Source: Methanothrix sp. (GTDB lineage Archaea > Halobacteriota > Methanosarcinia > Methanotrichales > Methanotrichaceae). From it: a stretch of DNA of 64,000 bases. The stretch spans positions 800,001 to 864,000 of the forward strand of contig OY821645.1 in assembly GCA_963682135.1 (NCBI GenBank), read 5' to 3'. The position numbers and the translations under genes are program-made. Of the stretch, positions 31,469-42,009 are shown in pieces (positions within the stretch are counted from its first letter, which is position 1; every line of letters starts with the position of its first letter). Below the pieces are notes generated by a model. The model was given only the letters and a program-made list of their open reading frames with translations. It was not told the origin of the DNA and did no database searches.

Positions 31469-31960
31469 TTAGGTGTTAAAGAGAGTTAAGATATTTTGCG
31501 AGAGCATTTGTCCTTTTGCATCCTTGCTGGGCGTGCCTGTGCCATTAGATACAATTAAGCTTCCACTTGACACCGGATATGACCAGATCTGATTGATGCC
31601 GAACTGACTGTTGACATTTTTTGTCAGAAACTGGCTGTTTCTCTCTGTTGCTGTGAGAGTGGGAGCTGCGGCATTTGCGGCAAAGCTTGTGGCCTTGAAC
31701 TGCAGGGGTGTGTCAAACCTCAGAGGGAAGGTGTTCATCCAGATGTCCATGTTGGAAGACGAACTCTTGATGCTACTATTTTGCTGGTCGGCTATGTAAT
31801 TGCCCCAGTACGCCTGGACATTAGGTTCAAAAGTAGATGAGCTGGGTGCATTGAAGAATGCAAGCTGAGTGTTGCTGTAACCCTCACCCATGCCTATAAT
31901 CTGGGCGCCGGCTAGGCCCGAGAGACAGGTCAATGCTAGTAGTACTACAATTGTTTTCAT
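31469..31960 (-). CDS. Secreted hypothetical protein
   Basis: Signal peptide MKTIVVLLALTCLSGLAGA; Ser/Thr/Asn-rich. Confidence 0.7.
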   Translation of the reverse strand: MKTIVVLLALTCLSGLAGAQIIGMGEGYSNTQLAFFNAPSSSTFEPNVQAYWGNYIADQQNSSIKSSSSNMDIWMNTFPLRFDTPLQFKATSFAANAAAPTLTATERNSQFLTKNVNSQFGINQIWSYPVSSGSLIVSNGTGTPSKDAKGQMLSQNILTLFNT

Positions 31961-32047
31961 ATTAATACATCCTTTTTTATTCAGTTGATATCCTATCCTG
32001 AAAATTTGTCCCAACCTATTTATTCCTTATTGGTAAAGGAAGAACTT

Positions 32048-33502
32048 ATGCCGGACCGCTTCGAAATACTGCATAAAGATCTGGCCGGAAGGATCGGCCG
32101 GCTTTCCACAATGCACGGCACCGTCGAGACTCCCGCACTCATGCCTGTGGTCAATCCTCATCTGCCTCTCATCCCGCCAGCAGAGCTACAAGAGATGGGC
32201 GCAGATATGATCATCACCAACAGCTACATAATTCACCAGGACCCGACCCTGAAAATTCAGGCAATCGAGCGTGGGCTGCATGATCTCCTGGGATTTTCCG
32301 GGCCGATCATGACAGATTCTGGCGCCTTCCAGCTCTCCGTTTACGGGGATATCGATGTCTCCCCTCTGGAGATTTTGAACTTTCAATTCGCCATAAAATC
32401 GGACATATCTGTACCACTGGACATACCAACACCCCCTGACGTCAGCATAGAGCGGGCGCAGTCGGAGCTGCAGATAACTGAAGAGCGACTGATGGAAGCC
32501 GCAGCCCTGGAAAGATCGGGTCTTCTCGCCTGCCCCATCCAGGGCTCAACCTACCCGGATCTCAGAGAGAAAGCGGGCCGGTTCGCACGAGATCTTGCCT
32601 TTGATGTCTATCCAGTGGGCGGCGTGGTTCCGCTCATGGAAGCCTATCGATATCGCGATCTGGTTGATGTTGTGACGGCTGCCAAGAAGGGTTTGGGCTC
32701 AGGCCGGCCCGTGCATCTCTTTGGCGCCGGGCACCCCATGATCTTCGCCCTGGCGGCAGCCATGGGCTGCGATCTCTTCGACTCGGCGGCATACGCTCTT
32801 TACGCCCGGCAGGACAGGTATCTGACTGTGCACGGAACCGGCAAGCTGGAGGAGATGAGCAATCTTCCCTGCTGCTGCCCCGTCTGCCAGGAGCATACCT
32901 TGAAGGAACTTATGGAAAGCCCCCAAAAGACAAGGCTCTTGGCCCGGCATAATCTCTACGTCTCGCTGGCAGAGATGAAGCAGGTTAAGGAGAGCATTCG
33001 CGAGGGCTCGCTGTGGGACCTGCTGGAGACGCGCTGCCGGTCGCATCCGCGCATGCTGGACGGCTTGAAGAGATTGGGCGGCCAAGGCCGCTGGCTGGAG
33101 AGCCTGGACTCTGCCAGCAAGTCCACCTTCTTTTACACCAGTCCACAGGCAGCCAGCCGTCCGGAGGTGATGCGCTATGCGCGAAGGATAGACCGCATCA
33201 GTTTGCAGGGCAATGTCCTGATCACCGACGATCCCCAGGCGGACGCGACCGGCTTTGCGCACGTTTTGCACTTCAAGCCGCCCTTCGGGCCCTATCCGGC
33301 AGAGCTGTCCGAGACCTATCCCTTCAATGCCGAGGTTCCGGAAGAGGCAGATGATGCAGCAATAAAGCAGGCCCTGAAAATCACGAAGGATCTAATCAGG
33401 GCCAATCCGGAGGCGAAGTTTCGCTTCCGGCTGAGAAATAGGGAGCTGGAAGAGCTACTAAGGCAAAAGCAAACGACTACTGGTGCCATTCAAGGTGAAT
33501 AA
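32048..33502 (+). CDS. tgtA: Archaeosine tRNA-guanine(15) transglycosylase
   Basis: 'VETPALMPV', 'MTDSGAFQL', 'HLFGAGHP', 'DLFDSA', zinc motif CCCPVC. Confidence 0.95.
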   Translation: MPDRFEILHKDLAGRIGRLSTMHGTVETPALMPVVNPHLPLIPPAELQEMGADMIITNSYIIHQDPTLKIQAIERGLHDLLGFSGPIMTDSGAFQLSVYGDIDVSPLEILNFQFAIKSDISVPLDIPTPPDVSIERAQSELQITEERLMEAAALERSGLLACPIQGSTYPDLREKAGRFARDLAFDVYPVGGVVPLMEAYRYRDLVDVVTAAKKGLGSGRPVHLFGAGHPMIFALAAAMGCDLFDSAAYALYARQDRYLTVHGTGKLEEMSNLPCCCPVCQEHTLKELMESPQKTRLLARHNLYVSLAEMKQVKESIREGSLWDLLETRCRSHPRMLDGLKRLGGQGRWLESLDSASKSTFFYTSPQAASRPEVMRYARRIDRISLQGNVLITDDPQADATGFAHVLHFKPPFGPYPAELSETYPFNAEVPEEADDAAIKQALKITKDLIRANPEAKFRFRLRNRELEELLRQKQTTTGAIQGE

Positions 33503-33577
33503 GCGGTCCAAAATCCAATGCCGCATCATTCGTCGCCGTAGAAACCTCATTCCACGCCATAACCGTATGAAAAATGT

Positions 33578-33745
33578 TCAAAGTCTGTCTAGAAAAGCAT
33601 CCAGTTCCTTGGCGCTTGTAACTCGTGTTCCATGATCTCGCTTGTACTGCGTCCAAGCTACATCCGTACCCTTCAGGAGAGCTTTGATTTCCTCTTCGGC
33701 CTCTCCGCGAACTGGCATAGCGGTTTTTTTCACGGTCCCAGCCAT
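33578..33745 (-). CDS. Possible 55-aa small protein (MAGTVKKTAMPVRGEAEEEIKALLKGTDVAWTQYKRDHGTRVTSAKELDAFLDRL)
   Basis: Hand-translated; helical, protein-like composition; lies in the 600-bp gap between tgtA and arcS. Confidence 0.35.
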   Translation of the reverse strand: MAGTVKKTAMPVRGEAEEEIKALLKGTDVAWTQYKRDHGTRVTSAKELDAFLDRL

Positions 33746-34099
33746 AGATGAGGCATGACAAACTTTGGATAAATAAATTGGCCATAGGCCATTTGCCTCT
33801 ACGTAGTATCACGTCATCATATCATCATAGAAATTTTATGGCACTACCAAGAAAGTAGACTGGCTCATAGAACTTGCGAGTTATACATGTTTGATCATAT
33901 AATTATATCAAATTGGTCAAAATCCTCTTCAGTCTATCTCGCAATTCCATGGTTTATGAAACGCAGGGGATCCACTTGGATTATATCGACTCAAATCTTC
34001 TTTTTATATGATTAAGTTCCCACTGGTAGATGACATGTTGAAGAACACCGCACTAAATCCCGGATCATCTGCATCCATGAAAAGTGAGGCACATCAGCC

Positions 34100-35848
34100 A
34101 TGACCAAGTACTTCGAAGTTCTCCGCCGCGACGGCCCGGCCCGCATGGGAAAACTGCTCACAGAGCCGCAGATCAGCACTCCTGCCCTGATCACAAAGGA
34201 CGATTACGTCTCAGCAGGCAGCGTCTACAGCTATGCTTCAATACAGGATGCTATCAATGCCGCCGAGGCTATGCGGGATCAGAAGAAGCTGGCCATATTG
34301 CCCTTCGTGCCCGCTGCTCTTCGCGTTGAGCCAGCCCTGGAGTTGCCGCCCCTGGAGCTCACCGGCCCCAAGGGCGTAATGGTCCATCCCTTTAGCGCAA
34401 AGGAGCCGGAAAGTGCTGATGTCTATGTGCTGGGCAGCAGCGGCGCCCTGAAGAATCCCAGAGATCTGGTAGCAGCCATAGTGAGCGTTCGAGAGAAGAT
34501 CCCCCCGGACACGGCTCTTTATGCTCCCGCCCTGGCGACGCCTGCCAACCTGGCCCTGCTGGTGTATCTGGGCATCGACCTGCTGGACAGCACCCGCGTC
34601 CTGGCGGACGGCCTGTTGGGCCGCTACCACACCCGCGATGGGGTCTGGAAGGCGGCGGAGCTGGTGGAGCTGCCCTGCTGCTGCGAAAGTTGCCGGAAGA
34701 TGGCAGCGGGCGAGAGGAAGGCAGAGCTGCTTATTGCCCACAATTTTCAGAAGCTGGAAGAAGAGCTGCTCGCAGTTAGGGAGGCGATTCGCTCCGAGAC
34801 CATGCGAGAATACGTCGAGCGGCAGGTGCGGGTGACACCAGAGCAGACGACGGCCCTGCGCCTGCTGGATCAAGAGCACCAGTACCTGGAGAAGAGGACA
34901 CCTCAGATCCGCCGCAGCACCTTTTATGCCAATTGTTCCGAATCCTTGCAGCGGGTGGAGGTCACCCGCTTTGCTGAGAGGGTGATCAACCGCTACAAGG
35001 CACCAGAGAGCGATGTCTTGCTCCTCCTGCCCTGCTCGGCCAAAAAGCCCTACTCATTCTCCCGATCACATCGACTCTTCGCCGAAGCGGTTGGAGGCCA
35101 CCGCCGCTATCTGCATGAGCTGATCTTAACCTCCCCCCTGGCCCTGGTGCCGCGCGAGTTGGAGGAGGCCTATCCTGCCGCCAGCTACGACGTTCCCGTC
35201 ACAGGCCGCTGGGACAGAGAGGAAAGAGCCTGGCTGCAAAGCTGCCTGGAGGCCTACCTCAAGAAGAACAGGTACGATCGGATCGTGGCCCATCTCGATG
35301 GTGAGCTGGAGGCGGCGGTAAAGGACTGTGGCCTTGATGCTACATTTACCGGAGGCGGCACCAACGGCCCGGCCCTGGACCGCCTCAGCGCTGCGGTGGC
35401 GCAGGCCTGCCATGATGCCAGGCGCCTGCCCGATCTGCGCCTCCTGCGCTACCGGGCCCATGCTGATTACTACTTCGGAGAGGGATCCGGCGACCTCCTG
35501 CTGGAAGGAAAGATCATCGTGAAAGGACGGGAGATCCAGGATGAAAAGAAGAGATCCCTGGCGGCGACCACGCCCAGCGGCATGATCGCCCTCTCACTGG
35601 CTGGCGCCGGGCGGCTGGAGCCACTGGGACGCTACATCGTCAAGATCGGCGACTTCCTGCCTAAAGGCTCCTTGCTGGCGCCCGGTGTTGTAGACGCAGA
35701 CGAGCAAATAAGGCCAGGAGATGAGGTCATAATCGTAGGTGAGAAAGCGTTCGGCGTGGGAAGGGCCAAGATGTCCGGCTGGGAGATGAAGGCATCCCGC
35801 CGGGGCGTGGCCGTGGAGATAAGACATATCAAAGGCATTGGGCATTGA
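34100..35848 (+). CDS. arcS: Archaeosine synthase subunit alpha (TgtA2) with PUA domain
   Basis: Degenerate TGT barrel, 'LLPCSAKKPYSFSRSH', 'SPLALVPRELE', C-terminal PUA domain. Confidence 0.92.
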   Translation: MTKYFEVLRRDGPARMGKLLTEPQISTPALITKDDYVSAGSVYSYASIQDAINAAEAMRDQKKLAILPFVPAALRVEPALELPPLELTGPKGVMVHPFSAKEPESADVYVLGSSGALKNPRDLVAAIVSVREKIPPDTALYAPALATPANLALLVYLGIDLLDSTRVLADGLLGRYHTRDGVWKAAELVELPCCCESCRKMAAGERKAELLIAHNFQKLEEELLAVREAIRSETMREYVERQVRVTPEQTTALRLLDQEHQYLEKRTPQIRRSTFYANCSESLQRVEVTRFAERVINRYKAPESDVLLLLPCSAKKPYSFSRSHRLFAEAVGGHRRYLHELILTSPLALVPRELEEAYPAASYDVPVTGRWDREERAWLQSCLEAYLKKNRYDRIVAHLDGELEAAVKDCGLDATFTGGGTNGPALDRLSAAVAQACHDARRLPDLRLLRYRAHADYYFGEGSGDLLLEGKIIVKGREIQDEKKRSLAATTPSGMIALSLAGAGRLEPLGRYIVKIGDFLPKGSLLAPGVVDADEQIRPGDEVIIVGEKAFGVGRAKMSGWEMKASRRGVAVEIRHIKGIGH

Positions 35849-35879
35849 TTTATTTTTAGGGAGATGAAATAGTATACTG

Positions 35880-36755
35880 ATGAATGGCCAAGAAAGCTGC
35901 GCCGGAGAAGAGAAAGATAGAGCTCGACTGCGAACCTTTCGAGAAGTTGTCGAGTTCTATATGATTGATTTTAAAACGCCTCTGGGAAAGGGGATAGACA
36001 TCACCATCATCTTTCTCAACCTCTTGCTGGTGGCCATCTTTGTGATCAATACATACAATACCTCCAGTAGCCTAAAAGAGCAGCTCTGGATTCTTGAGAT
36101 ACTGATCGTTGCCATCTTCATTGTTGAGTATTTTCTCAGGTTTTACGGGGCGCCGAATCGATTGTCTTATGTCAGGGACATTTACAGCATCATAGATCTG
36201 GTGGCCATTATGCCCACCCTCATACTGCTGGCTCTTCCCCCATCCTACTTCATCTATGATATCCGAGTCATCCAGACAATTCGGGTCCTGGCCATATTCC
36301 GTATATTCAGATTCCTGCGCTTCATTTCCCAAAACCATCTGCTATTCGGCACAATAAGCCAGGGAATGATAAACGTCGCCCAGCTCGTGGTGAGCATAAT
36401 CATAATATTCTTTGTATACTCAGGTATATTCTATTTTGTGGAAAGCCCCGTGAACCCGGATGTGCAGAATTTCGGAGACGCATTCTACTTCACGGTGGTT
36501 GCCATATCCACCGTGGGCTTTGGCGATATTGTACCTGTATCTGGAGCAGGGAGGTTTGTTACAGTTGCCATGATTATATCAGGCATAATCCTCATTCCCT
36601 TCCAGGCAGCCAGAATCTTCCGGGCCTGGCTTATGACCGAGCGGGAAAAGAGAGTGCAAATCTGCCCGGGTTGCGGTTTGGACAGACATGACATGGATGC
36701 CAGGTACTGCAAAAAATGCGGAGAAGGTTTGCCTGATGGCGGCAATGGTCAATGA
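35880..36755 (+). CDS. Voltage-gated-type potassium channel with C-terminal zinc ribbon
   Basis: S4-like 'RVLAIFRIFRFLR', filter 'TVGFGD', CPGC...CKKC. Confidence 0.9.
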   Translation: MNGQESCAGEEKDRARLRTFREVVEFYMIDFKTPLGKGIDITIIFLNLLLVAIFVINTYNTSSSLKEQLWILEILIVAIFIVEYFLRFYGAPNRLSYVRDIYSIIDLVAIMPTLILLALPPSYFIYDIRVIQTIRVLAIFRIFRFLRFISQNHLLFGTISQGMINVAQLVVSIIIIFFVYSGIFYFVESPVNPDVQNFGDAFYFTVVAISTVGFGDIVPVSGAGRFVTVAMIISGIILIPFQAARIFRAWLMTEREKRVQICPGCGLDRHDMDARYCKKCGEGLPDGGNGQ

Positions 36756-36794
36756 GATCCTCCGCAACGATCCTCATAACTCAGAGATTTCACG

Positions 36795-38729
36795 TCACAA
36801 GTTCTCTTTCATCCTCGATCCGCCGGGAGGCAGGAACTGCACCATCTGATCTACAGAAGCGACGGACTTCAGGAATGCTCTGTCCTCCACTTTATCAGAA
36901 AACTGTCGGTAAATCTTCTTTGCCAGGTCCTCGGCATTCAGCTCGCCAGGCTCGATCTCCACCACGGGGTCGGCTCTTGGCTTGACAGCAGAGATCGGCC
37001 CGCCAACGAGAATGCCGTCAGCTATGCCCAGGGCCAGGCCCAGTGGCGTATCTTTAAAGTAAGTGCGCTCCCCGCGAATGACGAAAGCGCCCTTCTTTAG
37101 GAATTCTCCCGACTCCGGTGTCTTGCTGACCTGATCTCCCTTGATCAGATAGCAGTCGGCTGCCACAAGACCGCCCTTCCAGATAGAGGAGTAGCTTACG
37201 GCAAACTGGGCTGCCTCTTGCAAAGTGCTCTCTGGGACGGTTTCCCCTTCCGTCTTGATCACGGTGAGAGGAGCACCGGGAGCGTCCGTATGGAGAACGA
37301 GGTCGCGCCTTTCCATATATTTAGTGTAGATTTCCTCATTAGTATCCGCATCCCTTCCCCCGAGCACCATAAATCCGTCTGAGGAGAAAAACCAGCGGAA
37401 CCTCTCATACCACTTGGGCTTGCGCCTCCTGTAGAAAGAGACGGGACGGGCCTTCTTTGGAGCCGCGGCCTTTCCTGCCCGAAGCTGCTTCGTTATGACC
37501 AGAGCTTCTTTTGCGCCGCTCCCCTTTCGAGCCATCTCCTTGGCCTTCTCGTAGTACCTTTGCGCATTCTGGGGAACAGTCAGGCCGGCATGCAGCTGTA
37601 GCTCCTCGCCCTCCAAAAGGACACGCATCTCGCCCTGACCATCCAAAGAGAGGATGATCTTGGCCTGAGGCAGGCCCGAGACGCTGATCCTCTCCCAGAT
37701 CTGATTGTAAGAAAAGCCTTTGGCTTTGGCATCGGCCACCACGCGCAAAATCTGCTCGACGCTGCCGTAAATCTGGTAGACCAGTTCGCCCTTGCGAATG
37801 AATGCCTTCTCCTGGGTCTCGAACTCCTCGATCGCTTTTTGCTGCACTTCGATCCTGCGATCCAGAGGGTTTTTCTTCCTCTCTTCGTCCCCCTCCTTTT
37901 CTACGAAGAATGCATCAATGGCCTCACTGAAAGTGGCAAAGCGCTTTTCCTCCAGGCCCTCGTAAATCTTGAGAGGCCGGGAGAGGACATCCACCGGCTC
38001 GCCGTTATCGAGAACGATGTGCGGATCGAGAGTGTCATTCAAAAAGACCTCTCGCAGGGCCTCATGAACCCGCTCGATCTCCTCAGGAGACAGATCCGCA
38101 GCGGGCTTATTTTTGTCCACACCTGCTACCAGGCAAACCTCCTCGCCGTAGGTTCCGCCCATGTTCAGTCCTCGCACAATGGATCGAACCAGGTCCTGAC
38201 CGGCGCTGGAAAGCCAGGCTGAAAGCTCTTCTTTGGAAATGGTTCTGGGATCGAGCTGACCGGGATGGTAGAGGTACTTCTCGCCGGCGGCCATTTTGCT
38301 GCCCCGGTAGACCATCTTCTTGAGCATGGAGAGGATCTGCCGGTTCTCGTCGAGCAGAATTATGCTGCCTTTGGGAAAGAGCTCGATAACAAGATAATGA
38401 CGAGAGCCGCTGCGCTCTACCGCGATCTCCAGGACACGGTCCAGGTCATGCTGCAAGATCTCGACAATCCTGCCCCCGGAAATGCGGTTGCGGAGCATAG
38501 TAGGAAACTGGGGCGGTGTTTTGGATATAGGCCGCTGCCCTTTGGTGATATTGACCCTTTTGCCGGCCACGAGGAGCAGATCCAGCCTGCCTTCCGCAGG
38601 GGAGGCTACTGAGAGCCAGATCTTGTCCGAGGACTGCTGGTAGGCCTTGCCCATAAAGCCGCCCAGGATCCTGTCGGATAGCTCCGCAGCCATGGCGGCG
38701 ACGTCCACATTGCTCATCGCCTTCTTCAT
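36795..38729 (-). CDS. rqcH: Ribosome quality-control factor RqcH/Rqc2 (NEMF family)
   Basis: 'QHDLDR', 'LVIELF', 'NAQRYYEKAK', 'WYERFRWF', 'GRDADTNE', 'SKTPESGEFL'. Confidence 0.93.
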   Translation of the reverse strand: MKKAMSNVDVAAMAAELSDRILGGFMGKAYQQSSDKIWLSVASPAEGRLDLLLVAGKRVNITKGQRPISKTPPQFPTMLRNRISGGRIVEILQHDLDRVLEIAVERSGSRHYLVIELFPKGSIILLDENRQILSMLKKMVYRGSKMAAGEKYLYHPGQLDPRTISKEELSAWLSSAGQDLVRSIVRGLNMGGTYGEEVCLVAGVDKNKPAADLSPEEIERVHEALREVFLNDTLDPHIVLDNGEPVDVLSRPLKIYEGLEEKRFATFSEAIDAFFVEKEGDEERKKNPLDRRIEVQQKAIEEFETQEKAFIRKGELVYQIYGSVEQILRVVADAKAKGFSYNQIWERISVSGLPQAKIILSLDGQGEMRVLLEGEELQLHAGLTVPQNAQRYYEKAKEMARKGSGAKEALVITKQLRAGKAAAPKKARPVSFYRRRKPKWYERFRWFFSSDGFMVLGGRDADTNEEIYTKYMERRDLVLHTDAPGAPLTVIKTEGETVPESTLQEAAQFAVSYSSIWKGGLVAADCYLIKGDQVSKTPESGEFLKKGAFVIRGERTYFKDTPLGLALGIADGILVGGPISAVKPRADPVVEIEPGELNAEDLAKKIYRQFSDKVEDRAFLKSVASVDQMVQFLPPGGSRMKENL

Positions 38730-38785
38730 GAGAGATGTCTCCTGAGATCAATCGATAAATAGTTGCGGATGGATGGAGGGATGGG

Positions 38786-39253
38786 GTGCTGAGTGTGTCT
38801 GAGGAGACAAGTGAGAAGACCGGGAAGGATACAGGGCAGCGCTTTCTGGTGGATCTGATGCTCATGCGCCTGGGCAGATGGCTGCGGCTTTTGGGACAGG
38901 ATGTCGCCAATCCCCAAGACGAAAGCGACGATAAGCTCCTGCTCCAGGCAAAAAAAGATAGCCGGACTATTATTACCAGGGATAAGAGGCTTTTCCAGGC
39001 TGCTCCAGGCGCAGGCGCATCGTGCCTGCTCATCCGATCTTCGAAAATCGCCGATCAGCTCTTGGAGATGGCAGAAGCAGGCGTGCCCCTGCAGCTTGAT
39101 CCAAAACGGTGCACGGTATGCAATGGCCTTTTTGAAGAGATCGAGTCTCGGCAAGGTAAGAGGTGGCGGTGCCAGGAGTGTGGTAAGCTCTACTGGCAGG
39201 GTGGACATTGGAAAGGGATTAAAAAAAGGCTGGAGGAGCTTCGCTGGCCATGA
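38786..39253 (+). CDS. Mut7-C RNase domain protein (PIN-like plus zinc ribbon)
   Basis: 'FLVDLMLMRLGRWLRLLGQD', 'IITRD', 'RCTVCNG', 'CQECGKLYWQGGH'. Confidence 0.88.
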   Translation: MLSVSEETSEKTGKDTGQRFLVDLMLMRLGRWLRLLGQDVANPQDESDDKLLLQAKKDSRTIITRDKRLFQAAPGAGASCLLIRSSKIADQLLEMAEAGVPLQLDPKRCTVCNGLFEEIESRQGKRWRCQECGKLYWQGGHWKGIKKRLEELRWP

Positions 39254-39331
39254 GAATATCTCATTCCTCCAATGCCAATAGGTAAATTTATATCGTGGTA
39301 TTAAATACCTATCCAGCAGAAATTTAGAGGG

Positions 39332-40294
39332 ATGATAATGTTAATAAAAAAAATAATTTTTATGATCATGGCGATTCTGCTGTTTTTCTCTGTTTCAGAG
39401 TCGGCAGAATATTTAACAGAAGATTTAAAAGTGGCGCTTGTCGGGTATAAAAACGTAAACATAACAGTAGCAATGCCAGAGAGGTATTCTTTTGAGCTTA
39501 TGTGTGCGCGGCAGTTGTCAAGGGATGCGAGGGAGCAAATCCTGACGATGAGAGAGAGAACAAATGCATCTGTCACAGATGCGACTTCTAATGCACTGGA
39601 TTCACTCATTTTGGCTCTTGGGGATACGAATGTCAGTTTACGGCAATTCGCTGCCAAATCTCTTGGCGAAATAAATGATACAAGAGCGGTGGATCCCTTG
39701 ATAGATGCACTCAATGACACGTCCAGAAGCGTGCAGTGTGAGGCTGTTGAGGCTTTGGGGAAAATCGGAGACAAAAGAGCAACATATCCACTGATCTTGC
39801 GCCTGGAAAACTGGCTGCTCGAAAATAAAAAATATAACTATACAATTTATAGCACCTATGAGCATTTTGGGCTAAAAATCGCATTATCTCTTGTTCGGAT
39901 CAGTGACCCAACCGCGATAGAGTTGCTGATCCAGCGCACCAAGAGCGAGGATAAAGATATCCGAGCACTGGCTGCTGCGGTTTTGAGCTCTATGAATGAT
40001 TCAATTGCTGTAGATCCATTAATTGAAAACATGAATTGCAGCGAGAACGATACAAGAGGCTGGTCTGCATTCGTATTGGGACAGATAGGAGATAGAAGAG
40101 CAGTTGAACCATTAATTCTGGCGCTTAATGACACAGATATTTGGGTTCGGGCTAGAGCTGCGGAAGCACTGGGAATGATCGGTGATGAAAGAGCTATTGA
40201 AGCTTTGACTCGATCGTTAAAAGACCGCAGTGAGGTCCAAAAGCAAGCTGAATTTGCACTAAACAAAATTGGAAAGATAAAAGGTATCGCCTGA
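39332..40294 (+). CDS. HEAT-repeat (PBS-lyase-like) protein with signal peptide
   Basis: Repeats of 'AAEALGxIGDxRAVEPLIxALxD'. Confidence 0.85.
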   Translation: MIMLIKKIIFMIMAILLFFSVSESAEYLTEDLKVALVGYKNVNITVAMPERYSFELMCARQLSRDAREQILTMRERTNASVTDATSNALDSLILALGDTNVSLRQFAAKSLGEINDTRAVDPLIDALNDTSRSVQCEAVEALGKIGDKRATYPLILRLENWLLENKKYNYTIYSTYEHFGLKIALSLVRISDPTAIELLIQRTKSEDKDIRALAAAVLSSMNDSIAVDPLIENMNCSENDTRGWSAFVLGQIGDRRAVEPLILALNDTDIWVRARAAEALGMIGDERAIEALTRSLKDRSEVQKQAEFALNKIGKIKGIA

Positions 40295-40431
40295 TAAGCG
40301 ATGATCGGGTAAAAGGCTTTTCCTGGCTGCCAGCGGTGCAAGTGTTCCATGCATGCTTGCCCGCTCTTTGAGATTGGCCGATCAGCTCTCTCTGATGGCC
40401 GAAACCGGTCCACCCATAAGTGGATTTCTAA

Positions 40432-41127
40432 TCAGAAGAGCCACCTCTTGGAAGCCTTCTGCTTCACCGAGACCCGTTCCCTCGTCTTCAGGTAATCGGA
40501 AATTTGCGACTTCGCCGCTCCCACAGACCAGACGTGAGTACCGTTCAGGCAGAATTGGGGTTGATACTGATATTGACTGCCCGGCACAATAAACGGATCG
40601 GCCAGGGTGAGTTCCGAGGGAATGGCATCCAGAGTAGACTCCAGCAGACACCAGCGGCCTGACTCATTCTGGTAGACCACCCAGGCATGGCCGTAAGATC
40701 CGTCCGGGGTGAAGACACTGCCCAAGACGACGCGCACGCAGTGCTCGGAGATGCCGCTGGCCAGAAGAAGAGTGGCAAGCAGAAAAGATGAGTCTTCGCA
40801 GTCGCCTTTGCGCAGGACAAGTGTCTCCTCGGGAAAGAGCCAGAAGTCGTCAAGGCCAAAGGAGCTCTTGTCCGTGACATACTGAACGCAAGTGGCCACA
40901 TAATTCCAGATCTTCCAGGCGCGCAGGTCAAATGTGCCCGCCTCGCGAACCGAGGGAAGACCGATATCTTGCAGGGCCCTCAATATAACCTCACTATTCG
41001 TTGAGGAGAGCCAGGCGCGAATATCGGTGGGAATGTAGAGGCCCGAGTTGCCGATGACCGCTCTCTTGTCCCACATAACCGTATCTCTGAGTATTGCATC
41101 CCCAGCCCAATTAAAGATCGTAGCCAT
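40432..41127 (-). CDS. Transglutaminase-like cysteine protease
   Basis: 'WLFPEETL', 'GDCEDSS', 'GHAWV', 'LLES' papain-like catalytic pattern. Confidence 0.8.
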   Translation of the reverse strand: MATIFNWAGDAILRDTVMWDKRAVIGNSGLYIPTDIRAWLSSTNSEVILRALQDIGLPSVREAGTFDLRAWKIWNYVATCVQYVTDKSSFGLDDFWLFPEETLVLRKGDCEDSSFLLATLLLASGISEHCVRVVLGSVFTPDGSYGHAWVVYQNESGRWCLLESTLDAIPSELTLADPFIVPGSQYQYQPQFCLNGTHVWSVGAAKSQISDYLKTRERVSVKQKASKRWLF

Positions 41128-41229
41128 CCGGAAAACACCCCAAATCAAATATAATAATTTTTGCAAGTTATATTTAAAATTTTGCATCATGTGGTTAACG
41201 CTATATCATTGCAGAGCAATTTTGACTGC

Positions 41230-41577
41230 ATGGCCCGAGATCTGAATGAGAGGGACCTGCAGATTCTGATAAAGCTGGTCCCGGAGATGGAAGTGCTGCA
41301 GAAGAAGGGAATTGAGATTGAGTACATGAACATCCTGCCCCCTGTGGCCAATCACCACTCCCGCAGCGTACAGGAGTTTGAGCAGCGGCTCAAAAAGCTC
41401 CCTGACGAGGACATGCGCTACCTGGCCGACCTGGTCCTGGATGGAACAGAGAATACCGGATGCCTGCGTCCTGATTTTGCCGAAGCCTTCTTTGTGCTGG
41501 CCGGGCAGAGGCTTGGCGAGAGCGTGGCTGACCGACTGCGGGAAGCGTATGAGGAAGGCGGGGAGTGCGGAGGATAA
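41230..41577 (+). CDS. Hypothetical protein
   Basis: 115-aa ORF (MARDLNERD...) with host-like codon usage. Confidence 0.7.
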   Translation: MARDLNERDLQILIKLVPEMEVLQKKGIEIEYMNILPPVANHHSRSVQEFEQRLKKLPDEDMRYLADLVLDGTENTGCLRPDFAEAFFVLAGQRLGESVADRLREAYEEGGECGG

Positions 41578-41789
41578 AAATCTGTTGTAATGCCATCGAA
41601 GAGTCCGGTATATCCTGGTCGGGCACCCGCTGGCGTGACGGGGACTGCCGGAGCGCGCAAGTGCTCGAACTCGGGGTACAGGAAAGAAAATCTGGAAGCA
41701 CAGCCAGCCGTCCGGCAGCGGGCCGAGCAGAAGGGAACTGATGGACTGGAGGGCAATCCATCGTGCTCAGGTGGCAGGCACGGTCACAT

Positions 41790-41975
41790 CTATCGCTTGT
41801 AGCTTTCCGATTTTTCCTGGAGCAGCAACTGGACATCCGCATGCATGCTGGAAAGCTTCTTGGTAATGGGGTGTTGCGGCCCGTACTCCTGCTCCGCCAG
41901 CCCTTTGATCCGCCAGATCTCAGAGAGAAGCTTGCCGATCTCCTTCCTTACATAATTGCGATTTTGCTCGGTCAT
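41790..41975 (-). CDS. Small hypothetical protein
   Basis: 61 aa, amphipathic helices, GGTGAGTTGGTGGAG upstream of the start. Confidence 0.6.
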   Translation of the reverse strand: MTEQNRNYVRKEIGKLLSEIWRIKGLAEQEYGPQHPITKKLSSMHADVQLLLQEKSESYKR

Positions 41976-42009
41976 GACTCCACCAACTCACCTGGGTTTC
42001 AGCTTCTTA

